Below the pieces are notes generated by a model. That model did no database searches. It saw only the letters and a list, made by a program, of their open reading frames with translations, and was not told the DNA's origin. From Macrostomum lignano (lineage: Eukaryota), in assembly GCA_002269645.1 (NCBI GenBank), contig NIVC01001510.1:124001-188000 (forward strand): 64,000 nucleotides of DNA. Reading direction: 5' to 3'. Each line of letters begins with the position of its first letter. The first letter of the stretch is position 1. The position numbers and the translations under genes are program-made. This document shows, in pieces, positions 50,842-63,269 of this stretch.

Positions 50842-51316
50842 GGAAACAGATAAGCGCCCAGAAGCAGATACGCGCCCAGAAGCAGATAAGCGCCCAGAAG
50901 CAGATAAGCGCCCAGAAGCAGATAAGCGCCCAGAAGCAGATAAGCGCCCAGAAGCAGATAAGCGCCCAGAAGTAGATAAGCGCCCAGAAGCAGATAAGCG
51001 CCCAGAAGTAAATAAGCGCCCAGAAGTAGATAAGCGCCCAGAAGCAGATAAGCGCCCAGAAGTAAATAAGCGCCCAGAAGTAGATAAGCGCCCAGAAGCA
51101 GATAAGCGCCCAGAAGCAGATAAGCGCCCAGAAGCAGATAAGCGCCCAGAAGTAGATAAGCGCCCAGAAGTAGATAAGCGCCCAGAAGCAGATAAGCGCC
51201 CAGAAGCAGATAAGCGCCCAGAAGCAGATAAGCGCCCAGAAGCAGATAAGCGCCCAGAAGTAGATAAGCGCCCAGAAGCAGATAAGCGCCCAGAAGTAGA
51301 TAAGCGCCCAGAAGCA
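50842..51316. repeat. 18-bp minisatellite (gataagcgcccagaagca)
   Basis: ~26 copies. Confidence 0.96.
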
Positions 51317-52199
51317 GAACAGTTTGGGTTTAATTCTTGATTCCATTCAATATAGTGTGAATGCATTAAAATGCGAAGCATGCTTAAAGAATAAAATCAT
51401 GGAAGAGGCAAAAGCTTCTACGAACGGCGATATTTTCTAACCTGTAGTTTAGCCTACTTCAGTGGTTACCTTGTAAGTTTAACTCAGTCTTTTATTTCCG
51501 CAAGTTTTTATACCGGCAAGCTTTAAAATAAGTGATTAGAATTAATCTCTAGAATAAAAGATACCTAAAGACAGTCTAAAAAGCTACAATTAATTACCAC
51601 ATTTTTATTTTTTTTGTCAATCTGCCTAGTAGGAACCGAAAAGCAGACGAGTGGGAGTGGCTTAGGAAGGGAATTCTTCACCCACTATCGACCGCGGATG
51701 AGGGGTTGGCTGGGAAGGAGGCACAAGATTTTTACTCCCCATGTCTTACTTCTTGGTCTGTGCTCAGCTCAGATCGCGCCGCCAGACGCCAACCCGCAGT
51801 CAGCGAAATGCCCCCCCCCCCCAACTAGGCAATAATTCCATTCTCACAATCTCAATACTCAGCAATTATTCATAATCCCCTCCCCGCCACGCACCGACTT
51901 ATTGAGAAACAGAAGTCGGGATCATTGAAAGGCACCGCCCAGACCAGACTGTGTTTTCTGCGCCATCTGTCAAGGGGTTGTCTCGCTCAGTGTGTTTTCA
52001 GACAGCAGTAGCGCCAAGGCGACCACTTGGCATGGCCGGCTGTTCCACGAAGCGCAAATTTTGTAAGATTGAGCTGTTTTTTTAATTACAATAAATTCTC
52101 CACTTCTCAGTTGAAGATCTTTGGAATTCTGAGAAAAAGTCCACGAGCTGTACAAAATTTATAGCCGCAAGCAACGCTTTCATCAACATCATCCCACAA

Positions 52200-53437
52200 G
52201 CAGCACTGAGGCAATTCTGCACATTCCGCTTGACTCCTGAGCACATGCTCGACTGAGGCGATTCTGCACATTCCGCTTGACTCCTGAGCACATGCTCGAC
52301 TGAGGCGATTCTGCCCATTCCGCTTGACTCCTGAGCACATGCTCGACTGAGGCGATTCTGCACATTCCGCTTGACTCCTGAGCACATGCTCGACTGAGGC
52401 GATTCTGCCCATTCTGCTTGACTCCTGAGCACATGCTCGACTGAGGCGATTCTGCCCATTCTGCTTGACTCCTGAGCACATGCTCGACTGAGGCGATTCT
52501 GCGGCATCTGCCCATTCTGCTTGACTCCTGAGCACATGCTCGACTGAGGCGATTCTGCGGCATCTGCCCATTCTGCTTGACTCCTGAGCACATGCTCGAC
52601 TGAGGCGATTCTGCGGCATTTGCCCATTCTGCTTGACTCCTGAGCACATGCTCGACTGAGGCGATTCTGCGGCATCTGCCCATTCTGCTTGACTCCTGAG
52701 CACATGCTCGACTGAGGCGATTCTGCGGCATCTGCCCATTCTGCTTGACTCCTGAGCACATGCTCGACTGAGGCGATTCTGCGGCATCTGCCCATTCTGC
52801 TTGACTCCTGAGCACATGCTCGACTGAGGCGATTCTGCGGCATCTGCCCATTCTGCTTGACTCCTGAGCACATGCTCGACTGAGGCGATTCTGCGGCATC
52901 TGCCCATTCTGCTTGACTCCTGAGCACATGCTCGACTGAGGCGATTCTGCGGCATCTGCCCATTCTGCTTGACTCCTGAGCACATGCTCGACTGAGGCGA
53001 TTCTGCGGCATCTGCCCATTCTGCTTGACTCCTGAGCACATGCTCGACTGAGGCGATTCTGCGGCATCTGCCCATTCTGCTTGACTCCTGAGCACATGCT
53101 CGACTGAGGCGATTCTGCGGCATCTGCCCATTCTGCTTGACTCCTGAGCACATGCTCGACTGAGGCGATTCTGCGGCATTTGCCCATTCTGCTTGACTCC
53201 TGAGCACATGCTCGACTGAGGCGATTCTGCGGCATCTGCCCATTCTGCTTGACTCCTGAGCACATGCTCGACTGAGGCGATTCTGCGGCATCTGCCCATT
53301 CTGCTTGACTCCTGAGCACATGCTCGACTGAGGCGATTCTGCGGCATCTGCCCATTCTGCTTGACTCCTGAGCACATGCTCGACTGAGGCGATTCTGCCC
53401 ATTCCGCTTGACTGCTGAGCACATGCTCGACTCATGA
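52200..53437. repeat. 56-bp minisatellite (ctgaggcgattctgcggcatctgcccattctgcttgactcctgagcacatgctcga)
   Basis: ~23 copies including shorter flanking variants; it produces the three overlapping 400+ aa pseudo-ORFs. Confidence 0.97.
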
Positions 53438-53794
53438 CTTTCTAATCGATAGGCATGTACAGTCTACCGAATCAGAGGTCGCGGCTCGAGATTCAGCTGC
53501 GTTCACCACTGAGCTGAGCCCTAGCCTAATCCTATTTTTCAGGAAGAGCTGCCACTCCAGGTTCCGCTTTTAGGTCTTCTTGGCATTGCGTATTCGCGCA
53601 TGCGAGCATAATGTTGTATTATTCACGCATTAAAGCTGACGCGAGCGGCCCTGAGCTCAGCCCGCATTTATTATTCATATCTGAGCAGTCCGCCAGCCGA
53701 CGTCGGGGCCCAGAAAAGTCGGCATTTGTTTTTCATGCACCGCGGCTTCTGCTGGGCATATGGGCTGGGCTGAGAGTAGATCGAGGATAGGGAC

Positions 53795-54710
53795 GGTTTA
53801 GCATCCCTGACACAGTTTAGCATCCCTGACAGCAACCCTGACACAGTTTAGCATCCCTGACACAGTTTAGCATCCCTGACAGCAACCCTGACACAGTTTA
53901 GCATCCCTGACAGCAACCCTGACACAGTTTAGCATCCCTGACAGCAACCCTGACACAGTTTAGCATCCCTGACAGCAACCCTGACACAGTTTAGCATCCC
54001 TGACAGCAACCCTGACACAGTTTAGCATCCCTGACAGCAACCCTGACACAGTTTAGCATCCCTGACAGCAACCCTGACACAGTTTAGCATCCCTGACAGC
54101 AACCCTGACACAGTTTAGCATCCCTGACACAGTTTAGCAACCCTGGCACAGTTTAGCATCCCTGACACAGTTTAGCATTCCTGACACAGTTTAGCATCCC
54201 TGACACAGTTTAGCATCCCTGACACAGTTTAGCAACCCTGACACAGTTTAGCATCCCTGACAGCAACCCTGACACAGTTTAGCATCCCTGACAGCAACCC
54301 TGACACAGTTTAGCATCCCTGACAGCAACCCTGACACAGTTTAGCATCCCTGACAGCAACCCTGACACAGTTTAGCATCCCTGACACAGTTTAGCAACCC
54401 TGGCACAGTTTAGCAACCCTGGCACAGTTTAGCATCCCTGACACAGTTTAGCAACCCTGGCACAGTTTAGCAACCCTGGCACAGTTTAGCATCCCTGGCA
54501 CAGTTTAGCATTCCTGACACAGTTTAGCATCCCTGACACAGTTTAGCATCCCTGGCATAGTTTATCATCCCTGACACAGTTTAGCATCCCTGATACAGTT
54601 TAGCATCCCTGACACAGTTTAGCATCCCTGACACAGTTTAGCAACCCTGGCCCAGTTTAGCATCCCTGGCACAGTTTAGCATTCCTGACACAGTTTAGCA
54701 TCCCTGACAT
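53795..54710. repeat. 19-bp minisatellite, array 2 (same family as 48890-50212) with a 19+12-bp higher-order unit
   Basis: ctgacacagtttagcatcc interspersed with ctgacagcaacc. Confidence 0.96.
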
Positions 54711-55653
54711 AGGGGAGGTTGCTGCCAAGTCAGTATTTATTGGCCAATAAAATTAAATCTCCCGACAATTGAAGAAGATCAGATGCTCTACCCCTGGCCA
54801 TCACTGTCCCAATAGCGATTCCCCAGAGTCCTGACTTCGGGCTCACAACTTGGTTTTTGTTTGACAGGGGGGGGGGCATAATCTTTAAACACTATAAGGA
54901 AATTTCGGCAGAATCGCGACGACTTGAACCAACGTTGGGATTAAGACAGGTTTCACCCTTACCGGGGGAGGGGCTCATCAAGTACGCCCTGCGGCACATA
55001 GGCCTTATGGCTCAGCTTCATCTGGAGGGTTCTGCTCGAGTAGATACTAGTAGAGAGAGACAGAACACGGCTAGGAAAGCAATTTAGCGGCAGAGAGCTT
55101 CATAGCCAGATTAATGAGCGGCGATTGCAATCCTGCCTGAACCCTCGAGTCCCCGCCTGTCCCCGTTGTCGAGCTCTCGCGCACTCCAGTGTACCCGCAC
55201 GCAGAGCCCCCTCCATCCCCGACCGGAACAGCAGGGCCCAATCGCCGGCCTTACTGAGTCTCCCGGTCTTCTAGCGTCTCTAAGCCCATGTCTCTCTCCT
55301 TCCTTCCTAATCTCTTTCTTCCCGTCTTCCCGGCTCCCAGGGATAGCAAGTGGCAGGGAGGGGACGGAGCGGCCCGCCCGGATAGGATAAAGGATTAAGA
55401 GGGGGGAGACGCCACCTCAACTCCCCCCAGCTATGATCGGCACTTGGCTATTGAAAAAGCAGACTTTGACGACTCGCCCAAGCACCGCTCTCTGGTCCCC
55501 TCTTCTGCTTTTGCCGTTTATTGTTGAACTTTTGGCGCAATTCTGCCGCTCCAAGCCTGCGCTCCCTTCTCTGCGTCAGCGCGCCCAAGGTCCCAGCTCG
55601 AATCCCCCAGCCGCCAGCCAGTCCTGAATCGGCGATGCTGCTTGCCCTGCGGC

Positions 55654-57132
55654 ATGGCCCGTTCAAGCAGCAGCAGCCCGACACTTGAGCCCTCCCGCCT
55701 GCGCTCGCCGCCGCTGCCGCCGACGCAGACGCCGGCAAACTCGTCGCCGACAGCCGCCGCCCGGTTGTTCAGCCTCGCCAGCCTCCTGCTAGTGGGCGGC
55801 TGGGCCCTGGCCGCCGGCGGGCCGCCGCCAGTGGCAGCCGTCATACCCAATGGGTTCGGCACCAAGCCCTGCCCCTGCCGGCCGCATCACCCGCTGCACC
55901 CGCAGGTGGCCTTCTGCGCCAGCGACTTCGGTGAGAATCGGGACAGCGACTTGCCCAGCTGTACTTGTCCACATGTACATTTTCTGACGTGCACATGGGC
56001 ATGCATCGATAATCTTATTGTATAACCTTGCAATAACTGCCGCATTACCCCCATAACTGCATTGACAGCTTTGAAAGTTCGGTTCCTACGAATGACCGGT
56101 GAATATTTGAGCTCAACCATGCACCTCAAGCGCTACTGGGTCAGCGTGAAAGCGGTATTTCGCAACTCGGCCAAGGTGAGTGCTTTGCTGGATAATAAGT
56201 GCTCTGTTGGGGAGTAACAGATCAACTGTCAACTCATCAATCCCGCCCGCAAAATCAACGGATTCCGAACGCAGATTCCAAACCTCATCCCCAACCGTCG
56301 GATGCACCTGTGGATTTACGGAGAGAGAGACAACTGCGGCCACGGCATCGTGGTCAGGTACCACGGCGAAGCCAACAGCATAATCTCGCGCGAAGTGCAT
56401 TTGAAAAAACTGTACCTGGTGACCGGTGAGCGGGTGGGGCGGATGGGTTAGGCAATGAGATGAGAGTGAGAGACAATGAGATGAGAGTGAGGCAATGAGA
56501 TGAGAGTGAGAGGAATGAGATGAGAGCGAGGCAATGAGATGAAAGCGAGGCAATGAGATGAGAGCGAGGCAATGAGATGAGAGTGAGGCAATGAGATGAG
56601 AGTGAGGCAATGAGATGAGAGTGAGAGACAATGAGATGAGAGTGAGGCAATGAGATGAGAGTGAGAGGAATGAGATGAGAGCGAGGCAATGAGATGAAAG
56701 CGAGGCAATGAGATGAGAGCGAGGCAATGAGATGAGAGTGAGAGACAATGAGATGAAAGTGAGAGGAATGAGATGAGAGTGAGGCAATGAGATGAAAGTG
56801 AGGCAATGAGATGAGAGTGAGGCACTGAGATGAGAGTGAGGCAATGAGATGAGAGTGAGGCAATGAGATGAGAGTGTTCACAGCTGACCACCTTAGAGAG
56901 ATGGGGCGTATTTCCCAGAATGAAACTCGGACTGTTACTGACGCCCCCGTTGCCAGGCAAACTGGAGCACGGCCAGCCGATGCTGTCCGTGTGCAGCTGG
57001 ATCGCCCAGTGGCCCAATAAGACGATGCGGAAGGCAATAATTAACTCGGAGCTGGGCTCCCCCGTGGTGACGGATCAACAGGCCAGATACCTCAGGCACG
57101 GAACCTACGCTAGAGGCTGCTCAAAGTGTCGG
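55654..57132 (+). CDS. Timp: Tissue inhibitor of metalloproteinases (TIMP), nested antisense in the synapsin intron; last exon not identified
   Basis: Exons 55654-55930 (hydrophobic segment, CPCRPHHPLHPQVAFCASDF), 56069-56175 (ALKVRF...RYWVSVKAVFR), 56275-56425 (LWIYG..DNCG...KLYLVT), 56957-57132 (GKLEHGQPMLSVCSWIAQW...YARGCSKCR). Phases are consistent; the six N-domain cysteines and the first C-domain cysteine are present. Confidence 0.88.
56453..56878. repeat. ~19-bp purine-rich minisatellite (ggcaatgagatgagagtga) in TIMP intron 3
   Basis: ~21 copies. Confidence 0.94.
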
Positions 57133-57264
57133 GTGAGTAGGCGCTTTCAATGAGATATGTACCGAGCCTATCTACATATGGAGTAGGGAAGGGGTTAAGT
57201 AGCCTTACAATAACCCTAAGTCAAAAGCATAAATGTGATGGAAACTACAGTACAGGAACTGTAA

Positions 57265-57560
57265 ATCAACCAGTATACATGAACCATAAAGCAACCAGTA
57301 TAGGAAGCATAAATCAACCAGTACAGGAATCATAAATCAACCAGTACAGGAATCATTAATCAACCAGTACAGGAATCATAAATCAACCAGTACAAGAACC
57401 ATAAATCAACCAGCATAGGAAGCATAAATCAACCAGTACAGGAACCATAAAGCAACCAGTATAGGAAGCATAAATCAACCAGTACAGGAATCTTTAATCA
57501 ACCAGTACAGGAACCATACATTAATCAGTACAGGAACCAAAAATTAACCAGTACACGAAT
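57265..57560. repeat. 23-bp minisatellite (aaatcaaccagtacaggaatcat)
   Basis: ~12 degenerate copies. Confidence 0.9.
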
Positions 57561-58087
57561 CACAAATCTACAGTACTAGAACTTTATTATCAAAAGTTAA
57601 TTCCCTTCTCATTAGTCTGCTTCCTTTCTTTTCTAAGAAAGTGTCAACCTTGTTTTCATTACCGACGCCGAAATGATTAGGGTATTCAACTTTCAAGGGA
57701 AAGAGCTTGATAGACCCATAGCTGATGGGCGAAGGCGCATGTCGAATTGTCAAAACTTCAATGGCACTTCAATAGAAACCGCCGTCCATTCCGCCTACGC
57801 GGCAACAGCTGGGGGAAGACAAAGGGCTACGGTTCAATCAGCGGCCGCCTGTCGGCTGTCAGCGAATGACGCTTGACGGGGGGCCGCTGCTACGGGCGCC
57901 CAAATCTCTCAACCCTCAATACTGGCTTTGCATGCAGTCTAGCATTTGAAGGAGCTGTAGAAGTGCAAAGTTACAAGTATTCAACGCACTTTTGTCTGGA
58001 ACAGGGATAGCGAGGGATAGGCCAGATGCAGGGCAAATATATAGGGGAACAGATCTCGGAATATATGAGATATAAGAAAACAGTAAG

Positions 58088-58800
58088 AGGAGTGAGATTT
58101 GAGCAATTGGAGTGAGATTTGAGTGATGGGAGTGAGATTTGAGTGATGGGAGTGAGATTTGAGCGATATGAGTGATATTTGAGTGAAGGAAGTGATATTT
58201 GAGCGATAGGAGTGAGATTTGAGCAATTGGAGTGAGATTTGAGTAATGGGAGTGAGATTTGAGTGAAGGAAGTGATATTTGAGCGATAGGAGTGAGATTT
58301 GAGTGATGGGAGTGAGATTTGAGCGATAGGAGTGAGATTTGAGTGATGGGAGTGAGGTTTGAGCAATAGGAGTAAGATTTGAGCGATAGGAGTGAGGTTT
58401 GAGCGATAGGAGTGAGATTTGAGCGATAGGAGTGAGGTTTGAGCGATAGGAGTGAGATTTGAGCGATAGGAGTGAGATTTGAGTGATGGGAGTGAGATTT
58501 GAGCGATATGAGTGATATTTGAGTGAAGGAAGTGATATTTGAGCGATAGGAGTGAGATTTGAGTGATGGGAGTGAGGTTTGAGCGATAGGAGTGAGATTT
58601 GAGTGATGGGAGTGAGATTTGAGTGATGGGAGTGAGGTTTGAGTGATGGGAGTGAGATTTGAGCGATAGGAGTGAGGTTTGAGTGATGGGAGCGAGATTT
58701 GATTGATGGGAGTGTGATTTGAGTGAAGGAAGTGAGATTTGAGTGATGGGGGTGAGGTTTGAGCGATAGGAGTGAGATTTGAGTGATGGGAGTGAGATTT
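58088..58800. repeat. 20-bp minisatellite (ggagtgagatttgagcgata / ...gagtgatg)
   Basis: ~35 copies. Confidence 0.95.
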
Positions 58801-59664
58801 CAAACGAACAAATAGAAAAGAGAAAACTTTTAATTACGATTTCAAATTAAATTTTCTGCTGCATTTTTCGAACGAATTTGCAGAATATGAACAATTTTTT
58901 ACGATATCTGTAGATAGTCTTTGTTGGTTATTGAATGAGAGCAAGGCGGTGGTTCATTTGGTAGTTTATCAACGGAAATCAGATCGAAGAGAAAACAAGG
59001 GGAAGGTGATTCGTGTCACTGCCGTCGCCGTATATTTATAGATTTGTAACTGTCTTCCGGAAATTTCTGGAAAGATTGAGCGCATCTTAACAAAGCGATA
59101 AACACTTAATTGTATACGTTACGCAAATACGAGTAGAATATTAACAGTTAAGTAATAATTAATTATTTACTATTTATGTGCGTATGTTATAGATAAGATG
59201 CTAACTTGAAGAAGTTTCTGGAAATATAAATCTTTTTGACTTTAGAAATCTAACGAAATTTCGAGAAAGTTATTAAAGTACGCTACATATCCACAGCGTA
59301 CTTTTTAGCTAAAATAATTGCATAGCTAGTTGAAAAAGTTGCACAAATCGAATTCAGCCTGCAATTTTGCCTGTTCTGAAATTTTTTTTTAATAAAAACT
59401 TGTTTGTGGAACATTTTTTGAAGAAAAACACTGTAGCGACCCTAACTTTTTGCAACGCAGTCAATTTAATAAAATATGCGAAAAAAAAATTTGTTAGAAA
59501 AAAATCTTTTTCCTACCTCAGAATAGAACAAATCAAGTTTAGAAATGATAGAAATTTTAATGTTGGAAAACCAACATTCCATCCTCTGTCAATAACGCCA
59601 GGAAATGAATATGTTTAATCTGTAGTTTGTTCAATATGGCCCATTTCACTGCCGAACTTCAAGG

Positions 59665-60560
59665 AGGAGTGAGAGGGGACTGAGAGGATGAGTGAGAGGG
59701 GAGTAAGAGTATGGGTGAGAGGGGAGTAAGAGGATGAGTGAGAGGGGAGTAAGAGTATGGGTGAGAGGGGAGTGAGAGGATGAGTGAGAGGGGAGTAAGA
59801 GTATGGGTGAGAGGGGAGTAAGAGGATGAGTGAGAGGGGAGTGAGAGGATGAGTGAGAGGGGAGTGAGAGGATGAGTGAGAGGGGAGTGAGAGGATGAGT
59901 GAGAGGATGAGTGAGAGGGGAGTGAGAGGATGAGTGAGAGGATGAGTGAGAGGATGAGTGAGAGGGGAGTAAGAGTATGAGTGAGAGGGGAGTGAGAGGA
60001 TGAGTGAGAGGGGAGTGAGAGGATGAGTGAGAGGGGAGTGAGAGGATGAGTTAGAGGATGAGTGAGAGGATGAGTGAGAGGATGAGTGAGAGTATGAGTG
60101 AGAGGGGAGTGAGAGGATGAGTGAGAGGGGAGTGAGAGGATGAGTGAGAGGGGAGTGAGAGGATGAGTGAGAGGATGAGTGAGAGGATGAGTGAGAGGAT
60201 GAGTGAGAGGGGAGTGAGAGGATGAGTGAGAGGATGAGTGAGAGGATGAGTGAGAGGGGAGTGAGAGTATGAGTGAGAGGGGAGTGAGAGGATGAGTGAG
60301 AGGGGAGTGAGAGTATGAGTGAGAGGGGAGTGGGAGGATGAGTGAGAGGATGAGTGAGAGGGGAGTGAGAGGATGAGTGAGAGGGAGAGGAGGGGAGTGA
60401 GAGAAGTGAATGATGATAGGGAGAGAGGGTGAGAGAGGAGAGTGAGAGGGGGTGAGAGAGGAGGGTGAGAGAGGGTGAGTGAGGAGTGAGAGGGGGTGAG
60501 AGAGGAGAGTGAGAATGGAGAGTGAGAAGGGAAGTGAGGGGGGAGAGGGAGAAGAGAGAG
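59665..60560. repeat. GA-rich ~12-bp simple repeat (gagtgagaggat / gagtgagagggg)
   Basis: ~0.9-kb polypurine tract. Confidence 0.95.
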
Positions 60561-61269
60561 ACGGAGCCCGAGCAACAGCGGGCGGAGTGGAGTGCCAAGC
60601 CGGCAGGAGCTCAGCAGCCAGCACTGAAGGCTGGGCAGCACAGAGAAAGTGTGCAGCAAGGCGGGACTCCGAAGTGGGTGACCCGAAGCCGAAAGGCGAG
60701 CCAAAGTTGATCTGCAGGCTAGCAGCGGGGCATGGGGGGTCAGCAGCGGTTATCAGCTAGCAGTTGTGGAATCAGCCGGTTGATTGAGTGGCTTCTGCGG
60801 CGGGCGCTGGACTTCTTATCTCTAGGCCGGGATCTCAGACTTGTGTGTTTTTTAGGCGCGCGAAAAATGCGCCCAGCCTCCGCTTCATACAGCCGACACA
60901 GATTGAGGCTGGACGGGGCTGTGCGATTTCCGCTGCTTGGAACCTTTTTTCTGACCGCTGCCAAAATGAACAAGTGCGTTTATCGGAGTGGCCGAAGGGC
61001 GGTTTAGGATAATCCGCCCTAGACTTATACAAATATAATGCCATTAAGGATTAGTTGGATAATTAAATAAAGAGCAGGCGGATGAACAAATTCAATTTTT
61101 CGTCGAAGTATTATTCGCTATAAGATCATCATGTAGACGGAAACATTGCCAGCATTTGCATTGGATCACCAGATACATTAAGAAAATCGAGGACATCAGA
61201 CAGATAGACGAGCCTATTAGGTAGATTATACATACATTAGGAAGATCTACAAAGAAATGTGGCAGATCG

Positions 61270-61985
61270 ATGAACACATTCAACACATTGACAAACGCAT
61301 TCGATGCATCGACAAACACATTAAACACATTAGATACATCGACAAACACATTAGATACATTGACAAACACAATAAACACATTGACAAACACATTAGATAC
61401 ATTGACAAACACATTAAACACATTGACAAACGCATTAGATACATTCAACACATTGACAAACACATTCAATACATCGACAAACACATTAAACACATTGACA
61501 AACACATTCAATACATCGACAAACACATTAAACACATTGACAAACACATTCGACAGATCAAAAAACACATTCAACACATTGACAAACACATTAGATACAT
61601 TGACAAACACATTAAACACATTGACAAACACATTAGATACAATGACAAACACATTAAACACATTGACAAACGCATTAGATACATTCAACACATTGACAAA
61701 CACATTCAATACATCGACAAACACATTAAACACATTGACAAACGCATTAGATACATTCAACACATTGACAAACACATTCAATACATCGACAAACACATTA
61801 AACACATTGACAAATACATTCGATACATTGACAAACACATCAAACACATTGACAAATACATTAGATACATTGACAAACACATTAGACAGATCAAAAAACA
61901 CATTCAACACATTGACAAACACATTCGATACATCTACAAACACATTAAACACATTGACAAATACATTAGATACATTGACAAAACT
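61270..61985. repeat. AC-rich 9/12/21-bp composite minisatellite (acacattgacaa / acacattagat)
   Basis: Visible tandem units; they give rise to three low-complexity pseudo-ORFs. Confidence 0.93.
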
Positions 61986-62129
61986 ACTAAGGGATTCCGT
62001 AAGGCGCGATTTTGGAGGTGAGGTGGGTGTCAACCCTCCTCGCCTCTCATTGGCTGGCGCCCCGATCACTAGGTGATCGATACCCGTATCGATATCGGCG
62101 CTCGGCGCGCGCGCGCCGCAGGCGCGTGG

Positions 62130-62440
62130 CGCCAAGCGCCGTCCAGCCGCAGGCGACCCTCCCCAGCCACCGGCGACCCTCCCCAGCCGCAGGCGCACCT
62201 ACCGATATGTATGCCCACCCTACCGATATGTACCCCGATATGTACACCCTCCCGAGCCGCAGGCGCACCCTCCCGAGCCGTAGGCGCCCATGCCGCAGAC
62301 GCCCATGCCGCAGACGCCCATGCCGCAGGCACCCCGAGTGTACACTCTACCGAGCCGCAGGCACCCCGAGTGTACACTCTACCGAGCCGCAGGCACCCCG
62401 AGTGTACACTCTACCGATATGTACACTCTACCACTCTCCC
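62130..62440. repeat. GC-rich short tandem subrepeats (cccgagccgcaggc, gcccatgccgcaga, gagtgtacactctacc), possibly Polinton subterminal repeats
   Basis: Nested direct repeats ~0.8 kb downstream of the polB stop codon. Confidence 0.7.
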
Positions 62441-63269
62441 GATATGTAGTCAACGATATTAGGCTAGTGAAAACTACTTATAGTAGGTGAAATTGAGTAT
62501 ATTTACATAAAAATGTAGATAAAACATATTGGTAGGTGAATAATGACGCATATTGCATATTAAAATGTACATATTGGAGCATATGAGCAGCAAAAACACA
62601 CAATGTAGGTGTATGGGCAGAAATAGACAAAGCAGGTACTGTAGGCGCTACATAGGTGGAAATACACACAGCAGGTTTACAAAGTGTACTTTCGATACAT
62701 ATCGGATTAATGTATAAAGCAGGTTTACAAGGCATGCATAAGGCGTAGTTGTATAATGCAGGTGCGCATGTATAATCAGATTATAGGCAAACGCCCAGGT
62801 GCAACAGACGCGTAAATAATGTCACACCGACTAAAGAGTAAATATTGTCTAACCCGCAGGTGCATAAAAATTTTAACCAAAAGCGGTTCGGGGAAATCCC
62901 AAAAGGGTGGTTCACGACCTAATGACCCGATATACTTTCAACACAATTAAACCCACAAGTGGGCTAGAAAAATGGACAACGTATTTCGATTGCGCTATCA
63001 GTACGCTAATCAGCGCAGCAAGTTCATGTCAGGAGTTCTACTCCAAGAGGCGGACCGCTGGGCCACAAACCGCCCCGAGGGAATAGGTGTCAAATGGGAG
63101 TTTTAACACTTGAGGGGATCCCGCTCAATGTACAGTGGAGGCGCCAAATGAGTAAGGACCCCTAAGTACAGTGCGGGCGTAAAACCATTTTCATCCCCAC
63201 GAGTCAAGGGATCCCAAGTGGGCACATAGGGGAATCCCAGGCGTGCAAAGACAGATCCTTATCTTTCAC

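Noticed and set aside
50744-51381. ORFs with KRPEAD / GRLSAS / WALICF repeats
   Set aside because: Translations of the 18-bp repeat; no splice or domain support.
52082-53435. Three overlapping 411-446-aa ORFs with a 56-aa repeat
   Set aside because: The 56-bp unit is not a multiple of 3 and has no minus-strand stop in any frame, so every frame yields the same cycling peptide. It is a minisatellite artefact.
59042-59101. Candidate last TIMP exon (ICNCLPEISGKIERILTKR*), or read-through VSRRFQ* at 57133-57153
   Set aside because: Phase-compatible, but lacks the cysteine pattern of a TIMP C-domain; cannot choose without RNA data.
56113-62198. Long Ser/His/Leu/Pro- or HIDK/NTL-rich ORFs (56113-57037, 57916-58803, 59615-60704, 61092-62198)
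   Set aside because: Each coincides with a tandem repeat.
62460-62490. actacttatagtagg as the Polinton terminal AGTAGT-type motif
   Set aside because: Imperfect match; the partner TIR and 6-bp TSD lie outside the window, so it cannot be tested.
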